Notes: generated from the letters alone by a model not told the origin. A DNA stretch of 64,000 nucleotides from the human T2T-CHM13v2.0 reference genome, Homo sapiens (GCF_009914755.1 NC_060932.1), one strand, 5' to 3'; positions 45,172 to 58,679 are shown, counted from the stretch's first letter. Made by a program: numbers and translations.

Positions 45172-45376
45172 ACCTATGAGTACGTGTTTGTAATATATCC
45201 ATGTCAGTGCTCATGGACCAACCCCCCTCATTTCATCATATAAATTATTATAATTGATTTCATCTTTGCCCTATCGATTGACATTTATGTTGACTCCAGG
45301 TTTTGGGGTTTTGTTTGTTAATTCAAACAATGCAGCAATAAACATTTGTGCACTGATATCTTGGCATAATTTTGTT

Positions 45377-45434
45377 ATCAATAGAAGTGAATGAGGCCAC
45401 ACTGCCCACAGAGATGCCATCAGCAAACTACCTT
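45377..45434 (+). repeat. Local direct duplicate of 42738-42795
   Basis: 52/58 identical by manual alignment. Confidence 0.9.
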
Positions 45435-45592
45435 AAGTAGTTTGCTGTTAAGTATATCAATAAAGTAAATTCTCAGAAAGAGAATTGCTGGCTTAAAGTA
45501 TAAATGCATACATACTCGATATTGATAGTGACAACCTGCCTTTCAAAAGTTTCCACTTCCACAAAGGTGCATAAAAATGCCACTTTCTTTGA

Positions 45593-45929
<337 letters not shown>

Positions 45930-46009
45930 CTAGATATATCAAGCTTTTTAATTTTTACCAAGCCAATAGCTAAAACATTGGTGTCTTCTTCCGGTTTGTA
46001 CCTATGATT

Positions 46010-46265
46010 GAGCGTAAGTATCTTAGAGAGTTGTTGAGAGCACAGGCTCAGGGCCAGATGCTGCCTTTTCCTAGCTGCGTGATCCTGGACAAGTTGTCTG
46101 ACTTCTCTGTGCATCAGGCTCCTCCTCTGTCAAATGGGAAAACAATGGAAACTACCTCATCGTAAGGGTCCTACAAGAAGTACATGAATAAATAGATAGT
46201 AATCCAAGTGCTTAGAACAATCCTTGGAATATGGTAAGCCCCAGATTAATGTTGGCTATTATTGT
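46010..46265. mobile_element. MIR fragment
   Basis: 'ctagctgcgtgatcctggacaagttgtctgacttctctgtgcatcagg...ctgtcaaatggg'. Confidence 0.75.
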
Positions 46266-46330
46266 TGTTATTGTTTAAAATAATAATACATGTATACTGA
46301 CAATTTGTATTACCCTTGCTGTGAATGCCC

Positions 46331-47027
46331 TGTGTTACAGACTGAATGTTTGTGTCCCACTCAGAATTCATATGTTGAATCCATAACCCCCGGTGTAGCT
46401 CTATTTGGAGATAGGAACTCTAAGGAAGTAATTAAGGTTAAAGGAGGTCATAAGTGTGGAGCCCTGATCCAACAAAATTAGTATCCATACAAGAAGAGAC
46501 ATCAGGCCAGGTGCAGTGGCTCATACTTGCAATCCTAGCACTTTGGGAGGCCAAGACAGGAGGATCACTTGAAGCCAAGAAATTGAGACCAGCTGGGCAA
46601 CATAATGAGCCCCTATCTCTATAAACAAAGAATTAGCCAGGCATGGTGGCATGCACCTGTAGTCCCAGCTATTCTGGAGGCTGAGGGTAGGAGGATTGCT
46701 TAAGGTCAGGAGTTTGAGATTACAGTGGCTTATGATCTCACCATGGCACTTCAGCCTGGATCTTGTCTCTAAAAAAAAAGAAAAAGAAAAGAAAAGTCAT
46801 CAGACCACACTTTCTGTGCATGCTCAAGGAAGAGCTCATGTGAGCACACAGCAAGATGGCAGCTGCCTACAAGCAAAAAAAAAAAAAAAAAGCCTCAGAA
46901 TGAAACCTACCTTGCTGGCACCTTGATCTTGGATTTCCCAGCCTCCAGACTGTAAGAAATAAATCTCTCTTGTTGAAGCCACCCAGCCTGTGGTATTTTG
47001 TTATGGCAGTCCTAGCAGACTAACACA
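46331..47027 (+). mobile_element. MaLR solo LTR (MLT1A-like) interrupted by an AluJ
   Basis: 'ttacagactgaatgtttgtgtcccactcagaattcatatgttgaatcc...gtggtattttgttatggcagtcctagcagactaacaca'. Confidence 0.85.
46505..46795 (+). mobile_element. Alu (AluJ-type)
   Basis: Alu dimer inside the LTR. Confidence 0.9.
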
Positions 47028-47819
47028 TCCTGATTACATCTTTTATCCATGTTTCTGTCCAGCTAGTCTTTTTCTTATTGTATTAACTTCCCTCAACCAA
47101 TGATTTCTTAATCTGACTTAGAAGGACAGACATGCCGATCAAAGGACTTGATAGGGAAATGAAGGCATATGGGATTGGCTTCCGCTTGGTCTCCCAACCA
47201 GGAGCTGAGCTAGCTGCAGCAGAGAACTGCTGCAACCACTGAAGACAGAGAACATGGATCAGACAGTGCCTGAGGTAAAATGTTGAGGTTTCAATGTCTG
47301 GATTTAGGATGCCATGTGTAAATTCTAGTCCTAAAGAGCAGCACAATGATGAAATTCCACAGTCCCCTCCAAAGACAGAACAAGCAGCAGGACACCTTCT
47401 GATTTTGAATGTTTTTACACATCTCCCTCTATTAAAAAAAAGTATAAAGGGCATCAGTTACTTTTTACCTTTGTTCATTTCCACATCAAAACCTTGGTAC
47501 TGAAATGTAGTTTTTCAAATTTAAATCCAAAATTGTAATTTGATGCAGAGCAATTATAAATAACAGATGCTGGAAGGCTTGCATTTTTTGCCTCCACAAG
47601 AAATATACACATTGGATCCAAAGTTTTGGATATGACATCCAAACGAAGTTAGGGACTGGAAATAAGAGATTGCTAAAGTTAGGTCCATGCAGATACACTT
47701 TACAACTTTGGAAAGTATGGGGAAACATGGGGAAATTGGAAGACTACACACACAAAAACCACAATATATTTGACAGACGATCCATCTGATGGGCACATAA
47801 GACTCCAAAGTTAAGGCAG

Positions 47820-48010
47820 TAGAGTGTCATGGTAGAAGTATGGACCTCAGAGTTGCAACGTCATTGAACATTGCAGTACTCAATATCCAGTCCTACATCT
47901 TACATAGCTACATGATCTTGACCAGGGTAATTCACCCTCTAAAACTCAGTTTCCCCAGCTATAAAATAAGAATGAGGTCATCCAGCTGATTGAGTTGTGA
48001 AGATTATGTA
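47820..48010. mobile_element. MIR fragment
   Basis: 'atgatcttgaccagggtaattcaccctct..aactcagtttccccagctataaaataag'. Confidence 0.6.
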
Positions 48011-49071
48011 GTTAAGGATTGAAGTTCATGCCTAACGGCTACTAAGAGTTCTGCCAATGACTAAACATCTCTAAGACTCTCTCAATATCTGAACCTTTTG
48101 ATTTATAAGTTTCTGTCATCCATCCAATTCAGTTCCATATTCTTCAACCAACCGCTAAGTAATTATTGAGTTCTAAGTGCCCAGTAGCACTTAGAACTCA
48201 ATAAAGGAGAAGAATAACACCCACAAGAAGCTTGCAGCCTGATTAAGGAGACGACATGCGTCTATATGAAACAATTAGTGACCAATACAAAGCAGTGAAA
48301 ATCAAGTAAGACTGTAAATGCCACTGAAGCTTGAGCCTGGAGGTGTCCGGGTAAACTGGGAAGGGAAGTGGCTGCAAACGGTCTGGGTGGAAGTCATCAC
48401 CAGTTCAGCATTGCTCACGAGACTGTACCTGTGGACAGTGCTCAGTTGACCATAATACCCGTCTTCACAGACTGCAAAGCAGCACTAACAGAGAGTGTCC
48501 CAGGCACAGAATGTGGCAGGGTAGATTCAGCCAGTAAGGTCCCCTGGAGTTTTCTTTTGCATGTGGCCTTCGAGAGGGGTTCTGAAAGTATCCTTTCCTC
48601 AAAAGTATTCTATAGATTCTTTTCCTGGGGCAGTATCTTATGGTATCATTTGTTGCTCTATGCATGTCTCCAGGGCAATGGTGGGTCTTACAAGGGTAAA
48701 GATGCGCTTCCTTGTCTTTCATTCCTCACTCCCAGGTGTCCAGTCTCTTAGTCACTGTCACACCTTTGACAAAACAACCACATAAATATATGAATGAATG
48801 GAGTTCATATGCCCTCACATATCTTGTGTCAAAGAGTGAGACAGGTGGAAATGGGGTGAAATAGGAAGTAAAGAGGTAGAGATCAAAAATCTGCTTGTGT
48901 AAAAATGTGGACACCACTTACCAGTAGTCTATTACACTGAAACTTCAACCACACTTCATATTCTTTGCTTTCTCCATGTCTCTAGTTCCTGGAAAAAAAG
49001 TTGCAAGAAGCAAAAGAGCACTAAGCTGGAGTTTTGTTTTCAGAGGAAATGGCAGGAGGGGAGAGGGTGTT

Positions 49072-49640
49072 TCAGTGTCATTGCTGCATAACAAACCACC
49101 CCCAAAACTTGGTGGTTTGAAATAACAATATATTAGCTCTCATGGCTCTGTAGGTTGACAGGCTCCAGATGGGCAGTTCCAGCTTTGGGGCTCTGGTGTG
49201 GATAGAGGCAGAGTCTAGATAGGGCTGGAGTCTTCTGAAGGCTCGATGCCAGGGCTGACCCTCCGAGAGAGCTGTTTCACTCAGGTGTCTGCACCTTCCA
49301 TGCTCCTTGGCATATCTCCTGGCCCCTCTCAAATGGCATCTCATCCTCCAGAGCCTTCTCACGTGGCTTGTGCCTCTCAGAACACAGATGTCCCAGTGGA
49401 GTCTCGCTTCCTCCATGGCCACTGACCTCTCAGTGGCTAAAAGCGGAGGCTGCCAGGCTAGGTCAGGGATATGCCTGAAAGTGTCAGTGCCACATCTGCC
49501 GTATTCTATTGGTCAGAGCTATAATGGGACCCAAGTGAGTAGAGAAACGGACTCTGCCTTCTGATGAGGGAGTGGCAAGTTCGCATTTGAGAAGAGTGTG
49601 CAGGATGAAGATATTGCTGCAGCCAAGTTTGGAAAATACA
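49072..49640 (-). mobile_element. MaLR LTR (MLT1F/G-like)
   Basis: 'attgctgcataacaaaccacccccaaaacttggtggtttgaaataacaa...gctctcatggctctgtaggttgac'. Confidence 0.75.
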
Positions 49641-50491
49641 ATTTGCCAGTTTGTTGTCATTGTCATCGCTGAGGCTGTTGTTGTTCTAAAGAATCCCTGC
49701 TTGGCCAAAGTAATGCAGAAAACTCCTCAGTCCCTAAATCCCACTTCCATCGTGTTTGATGACTAAATGGCAGCAAGACTAAGATATTCCTTGAGACTAA
49801 GCTTCTCCCATGGGCCCTCAGTGCTTCTCACCAGAGCCCTGCATTAGCCGATGGAGCTCCTCAGTGTAAGCTACACAACGATGCCCTTTCCTCCAAGTAG
49901 AGGCACGACCTGGAAGAGCAGCACCAGCTGCCTCCGCCAGCGGCCTCCTGCAGGGCACACCTGCGTGGACCATGGCCTTCCGCCTAGCCTAGCACTCCAC
50001 ACGTCAGAGGCTTACAGCGAAACACTGGTCACCAAGTGAATGAATGAGCAAGAAATTACTGTGCTTTCCTTTCAACGTGATAGCCCAATGAGTGGACAGG
50101 AGAGGGCAACAGGGGAAACTAGACCTGAAGAGAGAACCCCAAAACCACTCAACTCCCACATGGGCAGCTGAAATCCATGTCCCAAAATGTCTCCTTGAGG
50201 TGACAGTGAGGATGAGTGATAGAGGATGTGCAGTTGAACAGAACTTCATTCAGACATAGCCAGGAAGCCAGAGCTGGTGGCAACCAGCGAATCTCGGAAA
50301 TTAGAAGTAGAAAGGAAAAGTTTCCTACACCATATTTGGAGCCAAACATTTTTAAAAAGAAAAGACAAAGGAGCAGGTGATTTGTAACCTTATTGGGGTG
50401 ACATGAGCAAAATATATTGTCTAAAGTATTATCTAATAACATAATTTTTCAGATAGTTACTTTTTTAGATACAAAATTCACTAGGATGAGG

Positions 50492-51320
50492 TTTTTTTTT
50501 TAACTTTTATTTTAAGTTCAAGAGTACGAGTGCAGTTTTGTTACATAGGTAAACTTGTGTCATGGGAGTTTGTTGTACCGATTATTTCATCACCCAGGCA
50601 TTAAGCCTAGTACCCATTAGTTACTTTTCCTGATCCTCTCCCTCCTTTCACCCTCCACCTTCCAAAAGGCCCCAGTGAGCATTGTTGCCCTCTATATGTC
50701 CATGTGGTTCTCATCATTTAGCTCCCACTTATAAGTGAGAACATGCAGTATTTGGTTTTCTGTTCCTGTATTACTTTGCTAAGGATAATGGCCTCTAGCT
50801 TCATCCGTGTTCTTGCAAAGGACATAATCTTGTTCTTTTTTATGGCTATACAGTATTCCAATGTATATGTACCACATTTTCTTTAACCAGTCTATCACTG
50901 ATAGGCATTTAGATTGATTTCATGTCTTTGCTATTTTGCATGGTGCTGCAGTGAACATATGTGTTCATGTGTCTTTGTAATAGAATGATTTATATTCCTT
51001 TGGGCATATACCTAGTAATGGGACTGCTGGGTTGAATGGTATTTCTGTCTTTAGGTCTTTGAGGAATCTCTGCACTGTCTTCCACAATGGCTGAACTCAT
51101 TTACCCTCCCACCAACAGTGTATAAGCGTTCCTTTTTCTCCACAACCTCACCAGCATCTGTTATTTTTTGACTTTTTAATAATAGCCATTCTGACTGGTG
51201 TGAGATGGTATCTCACTGTGGTTTTGATTTACAATTCTCTAATCATCAGTGATGTTGAGCTTTTTTTTCATATGATTGTTGGCTGCATGTATGTCTTCTT
51301 TTGAAAAGTTACTGTTTGTG
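50492..51320 (-). mobile_element. 5'-truncated L1 (L1PA13-16-like)
   Basis: Poly-T then 'gttacataggtaaacttgtgtcatggg...atttcatcacccagg...agccattctgactggtgtgagatggtatctc'. TSD-like TAGG(A/G)TGAG. Confidence 0.92.
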
Positions 51321-51529
51321 TAGGGTGAGTTTAAAACCCTGCCCTTTGCAGCTGTAAATCACCATTGGTGAGTGTTTGGCTTATCCATTGTCTTATTAAA
51401 TCAGACCTTTCCACCCTTTCCAAGCTTCAGCTATCAATTTATCATTAAACTCTGACAGAGTGTTTGCTCTGTCTCCGTAGTGGCTCAGAATACCAACAGC
51501 TGAAAGTAGAAATTTTTTGAAGCTATGTG

Positions 51530-52167
51530 TCTTTATTTTTTTATTATTATTTTTTATTTTTTTATTATACTTTAAGTTTTAGGGTACATGTGCATAACGT
51601 GCAGGTTAGTTACATATGTTTACATGTACCAAGTTGGTGTGCTGCACCCAGCAACTCGTCTTTTAACATTAGGTATATCTCCAAATGCTATCCCTCCCCC
51701 CTCCCCCTACCCCACAACAGGCCCCGGTGTGTGATGTTCCCCTTCCTGTGTCCATGTGTTCTCATTGTTCAATTCCCACCTATGAGTGAGAACACGCGGT
51801 GTTTGGTTTTCTGTCCTTGTGATAGTTTGCTGAGAATGATGGTTTCCAGCTTCATCCATGTCCCTACAAAGGACATGAACTCATCATTTTTTATGGCTTC
51901 ATAGTATTCCATGGTATATATGTGCCACATTTTCTTAATCCAGTCTATCATTGTTGGACATTTGGGTTGGTTCCAAGTCTTTGCTATTGTGAATAGTGCC
52001 GCAATAAACATACATGTGCATGTGTCTTTACTGCAGCATGATTTATAATCATTTGGGTATATACCCAGTAATGGGATTGCTGGGTCAAATGGTATTTCTA
52101 GTTCTAGATCCCTGAGGAATCACCACACTGACTTCCACAATGGTTAAACTAGTTTACAGTCCCACTA
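51530..52167 (-). mobile_element. 5'-truncated young L1PA (L1PA2-5-like) with TSD GTGTCTTTA
   Basis: ORF 51769-52011 gives 'MFIAALFTIAKTWNQPKCPTMIDWIKKMWHIYTMEYY...SLIGGN', the L1 ORF2 C-terminus. Canonical 3'UTR. Confidence 0.95.
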
Positions 52168-52879
52168 AAAGTGTCTTTAAAATTACTTTTTATATAAACA
52201 GAACATTTAATTTATTTCTATAAATTTCTCCTATTCCAGTTATCAGAAACTTGAACGACTGTTCCCTCAAAGTGCCACAGCAGCCTCTATTGAAGCTCCT
52301 CCAGAGCCAACATGGTCTCCAGCCCCCAACTAGGAATAACTCAAGCATAAAAATGTGCTTTCCATAGAATCCAGAGTATCGGTTTGCATCAGGTGAAGCA
52401 AAACCAGAATCCCCAAAGCCTCGTGGATTTGGAAATCTACCAAATTGCTTCACTCTTACCCACCCGGGACTTCTGGGTATGTAAAACTGCAAATATTTTA
52501 CTTTATAGTTTATATAGGGTGTTTTATAGAGCAGAGAAATCAGAACACCCTTTACATGACACTGTAAACCCACCATGCTCTAATATCACTCAGCTGTGTT
52601 CCTCTCTTTATTCCCCTTATCAGGGATTAAAGGCAGCTCCTACACACATGAAAGCTTTTGACATTCCTCACTGAAGATCCTGGAGAACACTGGGTCATGA
52701 GAGCGAGTCTGTGGAAGTGAAAAAACCAGTATGAGAGCCCTCCCTTTCCTAAACTTGTAAACTGCAGCTTAAGAAGTTCACATCGAAGTTAGTGCTGGAG
52801 CCTCCCATCCTCAGAACACAGCATCGTTGTTAGATGAATAGGAGCTCTGGCTGAAATTCAGCAGACACCAGGCCAGCTC

Positions 52880-53295
52880 TTTATGGGCTTTGTATCCCAT
52901 TCATTCTCACAACCACCTACATGGTGGGCATTAGCAGTAATAATGTCAACAATAATAGCAAATAGGCATGCAATGCTCACTATGTGACAGCCACCATTCT
53001 GAGTGCTTCCTGTGTATCAACTCACATAATCCTCACAAAAACTCCATGAGATATGTATATTATTAGTGTCACCATTTGATGAGGAAACTGAGGTACAACA
53101 AGATGAAAGAACTTGCTGAAATTCTCAGAGATCGTAAGGGAGGGAAATTGACTCAGAAGCCAAGCACTCTTAACTATTCTACCCATCTACAGATGAGGAA
53201 ACTGAGGCACAGAGAGGCAATGTGACCTCTAGGTTCATAAACCTAGTAAGTGATCAGATGGGATTTCACGTCAAGCATGCCTGGCTCCAGAGACT
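52880..53295. mobile_element. Tandem/nested MIR fragments
   Basis: Two copies of 'gatgaggaaactgagg' and 'aatcctcacaaaaactccatgag'. Confidence 0.7.
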
Positions 53296-54384
53296 GTGCA
53301 CACTTGGTTGTTACTGAGACATGGACAGAGCAACCCAAGTGCCTTTTGGCTTGAAAGTGACTTACCAGGTTTTTCTCCCTGGCACAGCTGCTGCTGTTTG
53401 CTTCAGTTCCACTTCCCTCAGCACTACCAAGCACAGTACCATGAAAGAATAGTTAAGCATGGGTGAAATGGAGTTGCCTGTATCATATGGTTTTAAGAGC
53501 ATCCAAGAATATGTATGTCCCTTCCTATATTTAGGGAGTTCATCCCTCAATTCACACATTTGTCTCTTGCAGATGTAAAACACTATGTTGCATCGGTAAT
53601 CCATATCTCAAACACCTTTACCAGACTTTTCGTCAGAGAGGGAAGATAAAATAAGGCTTTTAAAAAAGGAGGAGGAGGAAAAGCAGAAAGTAGCCTCAGA
53701 TCTACTGGGCATCCCAGTCTGAGCCTAAGCTGTATCCACCTCTGGGACTCAAATACCTCTAAACAGCTTTAATGAGCTGGTGGGCTGGGCTGCCAGCAGG
53801 ACATTTGCATAAGGGACTGAGAAGCCTCCTGGGAAAGCTCTCACCTTAAGGGAAAGAGGGTCAGCAGACCAGCTTGGCCCAGTGACAAAACCTCAGTAGC
53901 AGGGAAACAGATGCACTTCTGAGTGTAGTACTTGATTCTGTCACTCACTATTTGTCTCCAGTTTGTATCTCAGTAGAGGTGGGTTGTAAGGTGAAATCCA
54001 GAACAGAGCATGTGGTGGCAGTCTCCAGGTCACTGGAGAGACAGCCCAGGCCGGCAGTATTAGTGGTATTGAGATAAATTGGCGAAAGTGATGGTGTCTG
54101 GTGATGCAGTAGCTCCCAGAAGATGTCCTAGCCCTGTGTCCTGCGGAAGCAAACACCCAACACAGGGAACTGGCATGCAGAAGGATAAAAAGAACCAACC
54201 AAACTCATTCACGGGGTGAGTTCCACGTTGCCAAGCCCGTGAGAATAGGCCCAAGTGCCATAGTCTGTTGGCCAAAACTTGAACACCGTGAAGAAGACAA
54301 AGAAATGTACCCCAGGAAATTCTTTCTTATCTTGTTACATCCCATCTCTTTTTTGAGGATCAGGACTGATTTCAGTCTTTCAAG

Positions 54385-56050
54385 TATGTATTCATTCATT
54401 CAACAAGTATTTATTGAACAACTATTGCATGTCCTGCATAGGCAAAGAGGATACAGCTATTCACAAGAAAGCTCTTCCCCCACACCCATCCCAGAAGGCT
54501 CCCTCTTGCTCCTTGTCTCTCTGCCAGATCAGCTTTCCTTCAGCAGTTTCCATCACTGGCTCTTTCCCTTAGCTTCAACTTTCCCTTCACATGCCACCCC
54601 CGCTGCTTAAAACACTTTATCCAACCTTCATATGATTGGCTTCTCTTTGTCCTTGGTCTCAAATAAAAGTCACCTCCCAGAAGAGGCCTTCCTGGCCACC
54701 CTATTCAATGGGTCCCCTGTTACTCTCTCTACATCATATATTACAGTTTTGTAAGTAGATGCCTATTTGTGTGTGTTTCACTATTTGTTCGTCCTCTGCA
54801 TTAGAAGCTTCCCATCATCCCTAGTTTCAACTTAGTGTCTGGCACACAGTAGGAACTTGATAAGTACTTGTAGCATAAATATTTTGAATGAACTTAATTT
54901 TATAGAGGAAAACCCAAAGTCAGATGGTAGTAACTGATTGAACAGAGGATGCAGACACAGGCATGCAGTTGGCATGTTAAGAGGAGCTTCCACCTTAAAA
55001 TACCACCTCCAAGACTTCGTCGTTGGGTTATGAGACCCAGAAACAATATTCGGAATCATGTGACTCTTGTTAAAATAGAGGTTTGTCCAAAGTGCTGTGG
55101 AAACACAGAAGACAGCCTGATTAATTTGGCTAAGGAATAAGGAAAAGCTTCCAAAGAGATGACCCCTGAACTGAGCATTGAAGGAAGAGGTGGACTAGGG
55201 GTGTGGAGGCACGTGGAGCAGGTCGTTTGTCCCAGAGGTGTGAAATGGCACGTGGAGTTCTCAGTCTTATCCCCGTCAGCAAGGGTTGCTTATTTTGGCC
55301 AGCTGCACAAAGACTCTTCATTTATTTATTCAATAAGAGTCGAACAACACTGACCAAAACAGCAGAAAAACCAGACGTGGTCCCTGCCCTCTGAGGGGAA
55401 ATAGACAAATGAGGAAGGTTGGTCCAGAAGGCTCATGGCCAAAGGATCGAAAACATAAGCAGAGGCTGCATCACAGAGGTCCACACTGAGGAAAGTCAAG
55501 GTGCCCCCGTTTACAGACTGCCAACAGCCAGACGTGCGCATGAGGCTGACTGACGGCTACTATCCTGCCTGCCTGCTAGCCACACACACACTTAAAAGAG
55601 ACCAGCAAAGATCACCTTCCCTTGCCTAAACCAGAGGGACCTCCCAGACAACCCATGGACCCCTCAGCTATATAAAAGATTTGTTGTTTTAAGCCAGTAA
55701 GTCTGGGGGATGGTTTGTTGCTAGCTAGGCAAAAGCTAAATGATCAGTGTATGATGTCACAGTGCTAGGCACTATTGGGGTGGCACCAAAAAACTAAGAC
55801 CCTAACCTCCTTCATGAGATGATATGGAAACAGTTGTATGTAAGAAAATATGAGATACAATGGATCAAAATGAGTTCTCCAGAGAGGCACCAAAATTTAC
55901 TATGGGAGCATGGAGGACAATGAGATGATCTCTGCCTGGGGATGGGGGCACATTGATGGAAGTGAGCAGGCGATCTGAGTGCAGAGGCACAGAAGTCATC
56001 AGGCGGAGGCTGGGAAGCAGGGCTCTCCCAGGTAGTAAGAACATCCTGCT
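54385..56050. mobile_element. Multiple L2 fragments with an MLT1H/J-like LTR at about 55430-55745
   Basis: 'ttcattcattcaacaagtatttattga', 'gtcacctcccagaagaggccttcctggccacc', 'aagtgctgtggaaacacag'. LTR end 'ttgttgttttaagccagtaagtctgggggatggtttgtt'. Confidence 0.55.
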
Positions 56051-56207
56051 TAAAAGCCCAGAAAGTAGGACAACAGTAAGTCATCTAGGATGCTCAACTG
56101 AAATATTTCTTGCTTCTTGCCCCAACCTCTCCCCATACTAATCCGCTCTCCCCAGTAAACTCCTTCAGGAGGTTGGAGCTTATACTTCACTTCCTCCAGA
56201 AGCCTCT

Positions 56208-56555
56208 TGCTATGGACTAAGTTGTGTTCCCCCAGATTCATATGTTGAGCTCAAAGCCCCATGTCATGTTATTTGGAGATGGGGCCTTTGGGAGATAATT
56301 AGGGTTGGATATGGCCTTTATGATAGGATTAGTGACCTTATAAGAAGAGACACCAGAGCTCTCATGCACTCTGTCTCTCTGAGAGGGCACGATGAGAAGG
56401 CACCACCTACAAGCCAGGAATAGAGTCCTCACCAAGAACAGAATCAGCTGGCACCTTGATCTCAGACTTCTAGCCTCCAGAACTGTGAGAAAATAAATGT
56501 CTGTTGTTTAAGCCACCCGGTCTGTAGTATTTGTGATGGCAGCCCCAGCAGACAT
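56208..56555 (+). mobile_element. MaLR solo LTR (MLT1A0-like)
   Basis: 'tgctatggactaagttgtgttcccccagattcatatgttgag...ctccagaactgtgagaaaataaatgtctgttgtttaagccacc'. Confidence 0.88.
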
Positions 56556-56639
56556 GCTCACCTCCACATTGGTATCAGGCACCCTTCTCTTATTTCCTCT
56601 CCAGAAGCACTTCCCAGATTGTTCATGATTGGCTCTCTT

Positions 56640-56770
56640 TTTGTCTGTATCTTCCACCAGGCTGTGACCTCTGTGAGGGCAGGGAACTTGTCTAACTTTT
56701 CAGCTTTTTAAAATCTCCAGTGCTTAGCCCAGTGGCATATAGTCAGTGCTCAATAAATGTTTATTGAATA
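56640..56770. mobile_element. L2 3' end
   Basis: 'ctgtgagggcagggaacttgtc...cagtgcttagcccagtggcatatagtcagtgctcaataaatgtttattgaat'. Confidence 0.75.
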
Positions 56771-57076
56771 AGTGCTCCAAATTTGTCATTCCATATGACA
56801 TCTCAAAGAATACATGAAAATAGCTAACTCTAACTTGGCTACAGAAATAATTCACATCCTTTTGCAAACTTTGCTATTTCTCTATCATTTCAATTAAAAG
56901 AATTGATTTGGAGGACATTTTCTAATTTACTGTTTATAAACACAATATAGAGCTTGCAAACTAAACCAACTTCCTGATAGAATATTTTGTCTGATGATCC
57001 AGAACAACCTGATCTCTCGAACCTCCAAGTGGCTTTCCATATCCTTTATAAGGACTCTCCATTCATTTGTGTAGAC

Positions 57077-57418
<342 letters not shown>

Positions 57419-58679
57419 TAACATTTACATCATCCTTCTTGGTCTCCCATTTTTTTAACTGATGAAGAAACTGAGGCCCAGCAAGCCTAAATGACCTGCC
57501 CAAGGTCATCAGCCACCAAGAAAAAAAGGCTAAAACATGGGTCTGCTATGGATGAGAACAGACTTTGCTGGAAGGAAAAAAATGGAAAATATACAGAATT
57601 CAGAAATGTCCTGGTCTGTAATATAGAACGTGTATTTCTTCCTATTAAGATGGCACACAAGTATAAATATTTTAAAGGCTTTATATAGGAAGGAAGAAAG
57701 GGTGGCGAAAGTCCGGTGTTTATTACCAGAAGCACTCCATCCACATTTAGGTTTGTCAATGTCCATTAAGGATGTCAATGTCCATTCTCTTGCCTTTTAC
57801 GGATGTCAGCACATGACACTTCTGGCTGGACCAAGATGTCAGCAAAGTTCACGTGTTGAGTTAATCACTATATAGGTTTCCTTGCAAGGTAAACTGCCAA
57901 TTTCACTTATAATTTGGATTCCAAGGAGACTTGTTCCATGATTTCTGATCTATGGGATTAACTTGAGGGCAAAGTTATATAGTTATATTCATAGGTGCCA
58001 TCTTGATTGAGGAGAAAGTGGAGGCGAGATAAGGAAAGGCAGAAATTCCTCCTTTTTGATCTGTCACACACACCATACTGATCCTTTGTTTCTGTACTTG
58101 TTTAAGGTCAGTAACTGAATTAGCCAAATATTCAGAAGAAGGCAGCATGCCCCAAATGTCTCCAGTCACAATTAAGCTACTGGCTTTCCTTCTGCATGGA
58201 ACTGGGTTCGTTGCCAAACATTCCTGTCAAGTGAGGTGAGGAGGATTTCTCTCAGTCAAATGCCTCACTCTCTTCCCCAGCTACCTGTCTTGTTTCTTTC
58301 TTTTCACAGTAAGTCCCAGGGAGTAGCTCTCTTGTGTGAAAATTCAGTCTTAAGACACTCCTCCATTGTACAATTCAGCCAACAGGAATACTTAAGAAGT
58401 GTGGGCTAGATTACCTAATTATGGTCATGTTTGAGAAGCAAAGCATAGAGATGACCAATAACAATGTGGAACAAGATGAAACTAAATAGTTGAGTAAAAT
58501 AATGCATTCCAAGCACCAGCACGTAGCCTGGCACGTTTTCAACACACCTGTCCGAATTCTAAATGTAGCACACTCAGCTCTGTTTCTGCATCGCTTCTTA
58601 GTCTCCACCATCTCTTTCTTGGTGATCTCATTCAGGCTGCTGGGCTCAAAATGGCCTCAAAGTCTTTATGACTCCCAAA

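Larger units (their letters stand above)
44690..45570 (-). mobile_element. Old L1 (L1ME-like) fragment interrupted by MLT1B and a 58-bp templated insertion
   Basis: 'ttgacatttatgttgactccaggtttt...aaacaatgcagcaataaacatt...gtaaattctcagaaagagaattgctgg'. Confidence 0.65.

Noticed and set aside
53340-53460. Perfect minus-strand donor CTG|GTAAGT near 53372 (also + strand CAG|GTAAGT near 19343)
   Set aside because: Isolated consensus donors occur by chance in 64 kb, and I found no convincing partner acceptor or reading frame.
55417-55432. 'ggttggtccagaagg' resembling the 5' end of a Y RNA
   Set aside because: Similarity stops after about 14 nt, with no Y RNA body or terminator.
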